Shown here: positions 55,306 to 64,000 of the stretch, piece after piece
Numbering within the stretch: the first letter of the stretch is position 1
Layout of the letters: each line of letters starts with the position of its first letter
Assembly (NCBI GenBank): GCA_964016885.1
Contig: OZ024740.1
Coordinates: 355,756,001 to 355,820,000, forward strand
Direction: 5' to 3'
Length of the DNA stretch: 64,000 nt
Source: Eledone cirrhosa
Lineage: Eukaryota
Notes under the pieces: generated by a model
Told to the model about the DNA's origin: nothing
Seen by the model: the letters and a program-made list of their open reading frames with translations, nothing else
Database searches by the model: none
Program-made: the position numbers and the translations under genes

Positions 55306-55766
55306 GTAAAAGTTCTATTTATATATATGTAAAAGTTCTATTTAAATTGTTGGGATACAACAAGCAAATATTTTTATAACTGATATAAAGCACTCAACAA
55401 ATATTTGGAGTAAAAATACGATATTAACAAATGGAAACTATATTTATAAAACCATATTTATTTCATTATACATATTTCAAGGACACCAAGTTAAATTATG
55501 GTGTGCTTTCATCAAATAAAATATAATATAGATCAGTTTTATAAATAAATATTGACATACCCTTAAAAAATGCAACCATTACTGTTGGAAGCTCCCGGAT
55601 AGTTTATCCGGGAGTTTCCAACAGTAATGGTTGCATTTTTTAAGGGTATGTCAATATTTATTTATAAAACTGATCTATATTATATTTTATTTGATGAAAG
55701 CACACCATAATTTAACTTGGTGTCGTTGAAATATGTATAATGAAATAAATATGGTTTTATAAATAT
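55306..55766. mobile_element. ~330-bp palindrome (~55439-55766, loop of ~3 nt at ~55602) of hammerhead-like arms, plus a left tail
   Basis: Each arm reads TATTTTAT-TTGATGA-aagcACACCA..TGGTGTc(g/c)tt-GAAA-TATGTA-TA-ATGAAATA. Core position C3 is T in both arms. Confidence 0.85.
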
Positions 55767-55771
55767 ATATA

Positions 55772-56821
55772 TCATCATCATCATCATCATCATCAGGTTT
55801 AGCGTCCGTGTTCCACGCTTGCATGGGTTTGGACGGGGGTTTTCCCACTTGAAGCAAGAGTGGTTGTCTTGCTCGCATAGGACTGTCTGGCGGGTTTTCT
55901 ACAGTTGGATGCCCTTCCTAACACCAACCACATTTACAGTGTGGGGCTGGGAGGTTTTTACCGTGTTGCCTACACGGCCACATTACAGCGTGGACTGTCT
56001 GGCGGGTTTTCTACAGCTGGATGCCCTTCCTAACACCAACCACATTTACAGTGTGGGGCTGGGAGGTTTTTAGCGTGTTGCCTACACGGCCACATTTACA
56101 GCGTGGACTGTGTGTTTTTTTGTCGTGACACCTACACGATCTCATTTGTTTCGGCCTGGATGTTGTGGGACCAACATAACTGTACATTGAAAGGGGCGGT
56201 GTGGATGGGGTGGAGGTGGTGGGACGGGGGGGGTGTTTTGATAGAGATGCCTACTGACTGTAGTAGGTTTTTACTTTGTATTTAGGTAAGGCGGGTCTTC
56301 TCTATTACTGAGTACCGCCAAAGGTCTCGGTCCAGTGACATTGTCTTGGAGAGGTGTAAGCGTGTGAGGTCGGAATTTATCAGCTCGTCCCATGTTTTTC
56401 TGGGTCTGCCTACTCCGTGGCTACCGTCTATCTTTATTGCCCTGCACTTTGTTATACAGCTGTCGTCTTTCATGCGCATCACGTGACCGTACCAACGTAG
56501 CCTTCTCTCGAGTAAACAACATCTGATCCCTCTTATTTCTAATTTTTTCCTTAGTTCGTTTATGCTTTGCCGTTCACGTATATTACTATTGCACATCCAG
56601 CGGAGCATGCAAGCTTCGTTCCTCTCTAGTCTGCGTATATCCTCTGCACACAATGCCCAGGTCTCACTGCCATGCAGCATTGCTGTTCGTATGCAGGCAT
56701 CGTATAACCTGCCTTTCATTTTTAGGGAGAACCCCCTAGCGGCTAATAGTGGTATAAGCTCTCTGAACTTTTTCCATCCAGTTCTGACGCTAGCTACTGT
56801 ACTTTCAGAGCACCCTCCTCC
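55772..56821 (-). mobile_element. 5'-truncated RTE LINE with a ~113-bp tandem duplication in its 3' UTR
   Basis: GGCSESTVASVRTGWKKFRE..RLRWYGHV..GRPRKTW..DRDLWR and a (GAT)n tail. 55880-55991 is repeated at 55992-56104. Both ends lie in (TA)n. Confidence 0.93.
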
Positions 56822-57970
56822 ATATATATATATATATATATATATAGTTGAAAATGAACGAACAAAACACAGGAGGCAATTGTACAGTTGTATATTTATG
56901 AGAGAGAGAGAGAGGTGTGTGTGTTTGTGTGTGGATTTGAAATCTGAAAATATGAGAATCCTAAATGCAGTAATAACTGACAGTCGATTCAAGTAAATAA
57001 TAGCTTAAAAAATAGGGTAAAATAGTGTGGTCTGGGACACCTGTGACCATTTTACTGTCTCTGGGTTCATGATTGTAAGGTTGTGAGTTCGTTTCTCATG
57101 TCAAACAGTGCATTGTGTCCTTGAACAAGACACTTTATTTTATGTTGCTTCAGTCCACTCAGCTGACAAATGTTACATATTGTATAATGCTGAATCTCCC
57201 TGAGAACTATGTCAAGAGTGCATATTATTGTAGATTTCTCAGCCATTCTACACATTAATTTCATGAGCAAACAGTTTCGTCGAATGATTCAACTGGAGCA
57301 CTTGTCAGCAGAAACGACGGAGATCCGACATATAACATTTCATTAGAAATATGATAATGAAAGGATTGGTATGTTTATCAGCATTTTTTTGCATTGTTTT
57401 GTTTCTTTTTTGTCGTTGTCTTTTTGCCAAACTAATCCTGGGCATTGCCCAAATTGCCATAAGGTCAGTCTGCCTGTTGGGAAAAACGAGATGATCATGG
57501 CTGAATTCTTTTAATCATATGGCTACACCTTCAGTTCTGACTCTAGGTTAAACAAAAACCACCCAGGTGGAGGTATCGTACTCCCTGGTCCTCCTTTCAA
57601 AACATCTGAAAAAGCAACCACCTCTTTCTTCACAACTCCTAACTCCCACACACTTCTCTCTCTCTCCTATTATTCTCTATCCACTACAACATCTACGGCT
57701 CTGAACAAGCAAGGTACATATATCGCCGCCACCCAAGCCCATTTGGGGCACCCGTTTTTCATCATTTCTACTGTTTCACACACCAAAACTAGCACTACTG
57801 TAATCATTATCATTCAATCTTAGATCTGTAGTTATCTTGAATTTCCACATCTGCCTAGTTTTACACCAGCAGACGTCAATCAAACTGAGTATCAACAGTC
57901 TCGATCACGCAAGATTGGGAGCGACTGCAAAGGTAACTTTAAAAAAAAGTTATACATCAATATACATATA

Positions 57971-58047
57971 TACAGGGTGTCCCAATCAATGTATACACAC
58001 TTTGATGAGAATGCTGTTGAAGTGTGTCTACATTTTTGGGACACCCT

Positions 58048-58048
<1 letters not shown>
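57971..58048. mobile_element. ~80-bp Tc1/mariner-type MITE
   Basis: TA-CAGGGTGTCCCAA..TGTATACACACTT ... AAGTGTGTCTACATTTTTGGGACACCCT. Confidence 0.7.
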
Positions 58049-58078
<30 letters not shown>

Positions 58079-58275
58079 GTATGTGGTGTGTGGTGTGTGG
58101 TGTGTGTGTGTGATCAAAAATAGAGAAGGCAATACATTTAAAAACAAGATTTACTTTTTACACTGTTTCCTCTAATATATTATATCATAGTTCTTTCTCT
58201 ATGTTTATGATATATGTCTCTTTCTTTGATATGTGTGTGTGTCGAGAGAGAGAGAGGGGGGAGACGGAGAGAGAA

Positions 58276-58487
58276 ATGACTACAGGACTAGACCTGTTTC
58301 ATTCATATGAAATCATCAATTCTAGTTCTGTAAAAGTAATTTCTATATAAAATAAAGAAGCTTGCTTATACTCTACCAACGTATTGAGTACCTTCTTTAA
58401 CCACAGTTACCATCGGGGGTGACCATAGTTAAAGAAGGTACTAAAAGCGTTGGTAGGGTATAAGCATCTTTATTTTAATATAGAAAT
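58276..58487. mobile_element. Rearranged relative of the 55.2-kb hammerhead family with a tail palindrome
   Basis: 58276-58319(-) reads tTGATGA-tTTC atat GAAt-GAAA-CAGG tctagt CCTG-TA. 58339-58401 and ~58426-58487 are inverted copies of the tail (TATACTCTACCAACGTATTGAGTACCTT). Confidence 0.7.
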
Positions 58488-59220
58488 ATATATACAGACA
58501 CATTTTTTGTTTGTTCCGTTGTTTAGTCAGGGAGGGAAGGAGGATGGTATCCTCAAATTGGAGCAGACGTGGTCCAAATGTTTGTAGTATAGTGAGCCCC
58601 GCTAACGGTACCCAAGGACCGTGTGTTGTTGCTAAACAGGGCAACAGATTTGAATGCAGAACGTAGAGTCGGGCAAATACCGCAAAACATTTCGTTCGAT
58701 GATCTTACACTTTCGCCAATGCCCCGCCATAGATTGGCATTCAGTTTTATCAATCCCAGAAGAACGAAAAGCAACGTTGACCAAGACGGAATTTGAACTC
58801 AGGGCAGAGAAGGCCAGAACAAATACCGCTCTAATGCCTGCCATTTCGCCGCCTTTCACTACACATACACACTCGCGTATACTAGATGTATGTGTGTACG
58901 TACACATACATACATATATTCTGCATATGTTATAGTTGTGATGACAGAACACATTCTTGAGAGTATTTATGTAAATATATTTTCAATACAGAATTGTTTG
59001 ACAATATTAGCAAACCACAAACTGCTATAAGCTCTCTTTGTGTTCATATATTTCTCAGTTAAACCCAATTTCCTATATACTCACAACATACATCTTATAT
59101 GCATACATACGCACATTTTATATCCATCATTTATATATACATATATTTATACACACACAAGTATAAATATGCATACACACATATCTCTACAACTGACTCC
59201 ACGTCTTTCCCATATGTATG

Positions 59221-59268
<48 letters not shown>

Positions 59269-60239
59269 CACACACACACACACGCATGCAGGCACAAATG
59301 GTAACATATGGGTCAGAGAATGTAAAAAAAAACCAATCCCATCTGTATGAAGTTAAATTCGTCAACATTCCCCTCATGTAAAAGCTTAAAGGAACAAGAT
59401 TGACATCCACGCTAATTAAATGTCATCGAGAAAATGAAAATAAACAAATGTGCGACTTGAAGACTTTCTAGAACTAAACACAAGACGAATTGTTTATAAG
59501 GAACCTCAGCAAATTACTGGTATTACTTCGAATATTTATTTCATTGACCGTAAATGAATAAAAGTGAAATTGACTCCAAATGGAATTTCAACTGTATTGC
59601 AATTTTTCATTTCAGTCATCTCCACTAAACAACAGTTAAATTATCAATCACTATTCAATATGTTAATAAATTTGTTATATAAATAAATACAGGTATATGA
59701 TATATTAACATATCAGTCGACACACACACCCACACACACTACTACTCCTGTGGAGATTGAGGTGCGCATTCAACTTATGTATCAACAAAATGGAAAAAAA
59801 AAAAAAAAAAATCTTTGTTTTTCTGTTTGGCCAGGGAAGGAAGGGCATCACTCATGGCTATTTTCAGAGCTTCTGGGGGGTTTGGAGGAAGGTATCTTCA
59901 AATGAGAGACCAGGCTTGAGAGTTTACAATAGAATGGATTCCGATAAAGGCACTCAAAGCACAGATGGTAGTTTTAAACAGGACGACAGAGTAAATCTAC
60001 CACTCAAGAAAGCCAGAGCGAGATTTGAACTCAGAACACAAAGAGTCAGAATAAATACCAAAAGAAATATTGTCCGACGCCTTAACAATTCCGACTAGTA
60101 CTTTATTTCATTGACTCCACACAAACACAATCTTAATACTTATTGAACCAGAGAGGGGACATCTATGTGGTTGCTGAAATGGCTAAAAATAGCAGCCACA
60201 TGAAGGGTATCTTAGCTAATAATTCTTTCTTTTTTTTTT

Positions 60240-60514
60240 TCTACTTTTGGCACAAGGCCAGCAATTATCTCAGTACATTACTGGTACTTTATTTTATCAA
60301 CCCCGTAAGGATGAAAGGCAAAATTAACCTTAGCTAATAATTGTTTCTACTTTATGCACAAGGCCAGCAATTACCCAGTGCATTACTGATACTTAATTTT
60401 ATCGACCCCGTAAGGATGAAAGGCAATGTAAACCTCGGCGGGATTTGAACTCAGACCGTAAAAGGACGTAACTATGCTGGAAAGCATGTCTGACCCTCTA
60501 CCGATACTGCCAAT
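60240..60514 (-). mobile_element. Two tandem tRNA-derived SINEs
   Basis: Reverse-complement match to the consensus. A further copy lies at 61219-61390(-). Confidence 0.85.
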
Positions 60515-60753
60515 AATGTATCAAAAACACTTTTTCCGATCATAGGCCTACTGAATCACGGCTGGTGTATAGTTAAACAATAACTTTATATTGAAAGAAA
60601 ATGGGATCATTCGTTTAAGCGTGGACATTTTAACCCTTGTAACTTTTTTTATTATGCTTTTTTTTAAAGACATTCTTCGGAGTTTTAGGTTTTAACATCG
60701 AAATTTTTTTTAAATCATTAGAAACTGATTGCGAGATTTACAGTTGTAGTATT

Positions 60754-60793
<40 letters not shown>

Positions 60794-60921
60794 ATTTGCT
60801 AAGCTGTCTAAGCGTATTGTTATTACTCTGGCGTACTTCTCCCCATCCAAGTGCTAAAGCTACAGACCGAATTTGCATTCGTTAGCTTGGCCGCGAACTA
60901 AAGCTTCGTTAATGCTGTACT

Positions 60922-60956
<35 letters not shown>

Positions 60957-62513
60957 TTTGTATCTAAAGTGTCCAACTATACATATTTCTTGCATTTGAA
61001 AGCATTAGTTGGGAACATTTTAAATGTTGTTGTTTCAATGAAAATAAAATATATTTTACACGCACACCGTATTGTGGTCGTAAGCCCTAATCGATTTCAG
61101 TTTTTCGAATATAGAAATTAACTTTTTTTTAACTATATAAAATGTGGATTCTAAAATTGATGTTCAAAACAAAAATTCGAAGACTGTTTTGTTTTTTTGC
61201 TTTGCTTTATATAAATAACTGTTTCTACTTTTGGCACAAGGCCAGCAATTACCCAGTGCATTACTGGTACTTTATTTTATCGACCCCGTAAGGATGAAAG
61301 GCAAAGTCAACCTCGGCGGGATTTGAACTCAGATCGTAAAGGACGTAACTATGCTGGAAAGCATGGCGTCCGAACCTCTACCGATACTTAACAGCAAAAA
61401 GTTAGCGGGGGCATTTTAAAAATACACGCTTAATGAATGAATTTCAAAACAGTCATGCATGACATTCATGCCTTTCTCGTCCAGAGCATTAACTGTTATG
61501 TGCACCGGAATTGTTTGCAACAGAGAATCAAAATTGGATCGTAGACAACTGGCCCAAAATAAAGGAAAAAAAAGAAAAAAAAAAAAAAAAAAAAAATCCT
61601 CGTTTCAATTTCACTTTTTCCTTAGAAAACTTTTGTTTTGACACTCGAAACATTAATTTACTTCTACTGAACATATGGTCTTGTTCATATTTATTCTTGC
61701 ATTAACAACACAATTTCATGCATAGTAGTTTTCTAATGGTCTTTTTCATAAAATTTCTTATTTTTAGTTAGAAATGATCATCATTAAAACGAATAAAGGT
61801 GAGCATTGTAAAACAGGCAAATTATTGGCGAGCAGAATGCGCATTCCAGGATTCGATTTTTAGTGCCCTTATAATATTGGTTTCTAATTTGAGCACAAAG
61901 CCAGTAAGTTAGGGGAAGGGCAAAATTGACTAAATCTGGCCTAGTACTTGACTTGTACTTTATCTTAATGACCACGGAAGGATGCTAACGTCTTAAAGTA
62001 AAAACAACCCAAAAACCCGTCTCCTTATTCCGCATCATACCGAATCTTCAAAAAGGTTAAGAATACTGTAAAACAAAAATATTCTTTGTAAACCATGTTT
62101 CGATTGTTGACTGGAAATATTTAATTTCTCTTAGATCACAAGTGTCCTTCTCTGTCACAATTCTCAGTTACTGTCCTTTCTCTTGACTTCTAAGAAACTC
62201 GAACTTCATGTTTCGGAGAGTTGTATCAAACTCAGCAAAGGAGGTGGATGTATTTTATTTCCTGCGAAGTCGATAAAATTAATACCAACATAGGAAAATT
62301 AATTCACTCGACTTTTTCTTGACAAAAATTAATCTAATACCTAAATAGTCAAAATAAAATAATATTGAATTTTGCAATTCATATAAATCAAAAGGAAAAG
62401 GGATGGTGAGAAAATAAGATGACACATGAAGAAAACAGAAGCACATGTAAACGAAGTGGAAATGATCAAAATAAAAATAAGGCCAGTTCATATAGCGTGT
62501 AAAAATATCTTAC

Positions 62514-62560
62514 GTGTTCAGAGATGGTGTTGTTACTGTAGGACTTGTCATTGCTTGCAT
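62514..62560 (-). CDS. Candidate first coding exon of an unidentified host gene (MQAMTSPTVTTPSLN, phase-2 intron)
   Basis: ACCATC-ATG context with an upstream in-frame TGA, a GTAAG donor at 62513-62509, non-repetitive GC-richer sequence, and a possible acceptor TTTATTTTTATTGATTGTAAGCTCACAG ending at 62768. No homology recognised. Confidence 0.4.
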
Positions 62561-64000
62561 GATGGTGACAGTGAGTGAAGTAACTCGTCCAAGGGGGTAA
62601 TAATGCTGATGGTGGTAGAGATTAAGAACTTCCAATGAACCCAAACAAGCCAAATCTGGCCTTTGTCGATACTGTGTCCGGTTCACCCTTTCCTTTCTTC
62701 AAATTTTTTTTTTTGTTTAAAAATGTGGTTCTTGTAGTTTGTTTCCTTCTTTCATTGTATTAAAAATCTGTGAGCTTACAATCAATAAAAATAAACGCGT
62801 AGTTTTGATGTGTTTATATATTTTATATATCAAGTAGTTGCCACTAACTTTATGCTCAATGCCGTAGATATCGAAAATGGTATTTGTATTATATATATAT
62901 TACACAAATACAAGTGTGTATGCACCTATGTGGCTAGATATTATAATGGTATTCACACTGTCACCGTCGACTGAAAGCTGTTGTTAAATCTGCTGTATCC
63001 TTTATTTTTCTACAATGACACTGGCAGCTGCCTCGCCCATAACAAAGCTGAACCGGTTTCCATTCTTCCCCCTCTTAATGTGGTTAGTGTCACCTCAATT
63101 CAGGCTCCCATTTGCATACAACAAACACCACATGTATACAACACATTTCCCGCCCACTACTTCCCTACATTTACCACCTCTCTCAATTCTTCATTCTTTC
63201 TTTCTCTCTCTATCACTTTCTTTCGTCACTTTTCTCCCTTCCTCGCTTTCTATCGCTGTATTTTATTTCTTTTTATCCTTTTCTAACAATTTCCCTCTGT
63301 CTCTCTCTCTCATACTGTATTTTTTCTTACTTTCGTTTTTATCTAGTGTCTCTTCTTTCTCTCCCTTTCACCCTTGTTTTTGATTTTTCACCCTTTTACT
63401 TCTTTTTCTTTGTCATTTTCTTGCTTACATTTTCTCTTCCTGCCTCCTCTTCCCTTTTTCTAACACTCCTTTTCGACTTCTCTTTCTGGCCTCTTTTTAT
63501 TTTGCTCTCTTCGTTTTTTATATCACTTTATCAATTGAGCTTTTCTCATCTCAATGCTTTTCTTGTTTACTCTTAAAATACCCCCTCACTCGCTCTGTTA
63601 TTATTAATATCTTATCCTCACTTTCTTTTTCAATTCTCTGGAGTCAGTGATAGCTTTTATTAACACTCACCAACATAAACACTACACAATACTTTCCAGT
63701 TGCATAACTCGTCTGTCTTCTCAACCCACCTCTTTCTACTTTCTTCATTCTTTTATAGCCTCACTATTTGAATTTCAGTTTTTGTCTTTATTATTATTAT
63801 TATTTCTTTTTATTCACGCTTGCTTGAAGGTGATGATCTTTTCGTACTCCTTCGAAAAGTGTGGTAGAACTGCGTCATCTATCCGAAACGGCTTTTCGTC
63901 CCTCCTCCCCTTCTTTTACAACCACTTCTCTCCTCCCTAGCTTTATACAACCACTTCTATAAACAAACGAGAGAAGGGGCCGAACAGAGAAAGAGAAAGG

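Noticed and set aside
62981-63940. F/L/S-rich plus-strand ORFs
   Set aside because: They derive from a pyrimidine-rich low-complexity tract.

Overview
This is AT-rich, repeat-dense animal DNA. The repeat repertoire suggests a coleoid cephalopod such as Octopus, which is an inference. There is no complete host gene. The best host candidate is a short minus-strand first coding exon at 62514-62560 (MQAMTSPTVTTPSLN, then GTAAG) in a visibly CpG-richer zone (~57-64 kb), so most of the window may be one large intron. Mobile elements include: RTE LINE fragments (two with a PHD-type finger inside the RT), Penelope-like elements (PLEs) with GIY-YIG domains, a decayed mariner, a hAT relic, an L1/Tx1-type 3' end in (GATA)n, piggyBac and Tc1 MITEs, a probable non-autonomous Helitron, and tandem arrays of tRNA-derived SINEs. 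The most interesting signal is a set of about 15 type I hammerhead-ribozyme motifs, intact to decayed, from several PLE-derived families. Nearly all sit next to (TA)n tracts. Many form head-to-head fold-back pairs whose spacer ranges from ~530 bp down to 0. One arm usually carries an extra tail, and several tails share a TTGAGT(G/A)C-like motif and a segment complementary to their own catalytic core. All calls were made by eye. Coordinates of decayed repeats are approximate and no ribozyme activity is shown.
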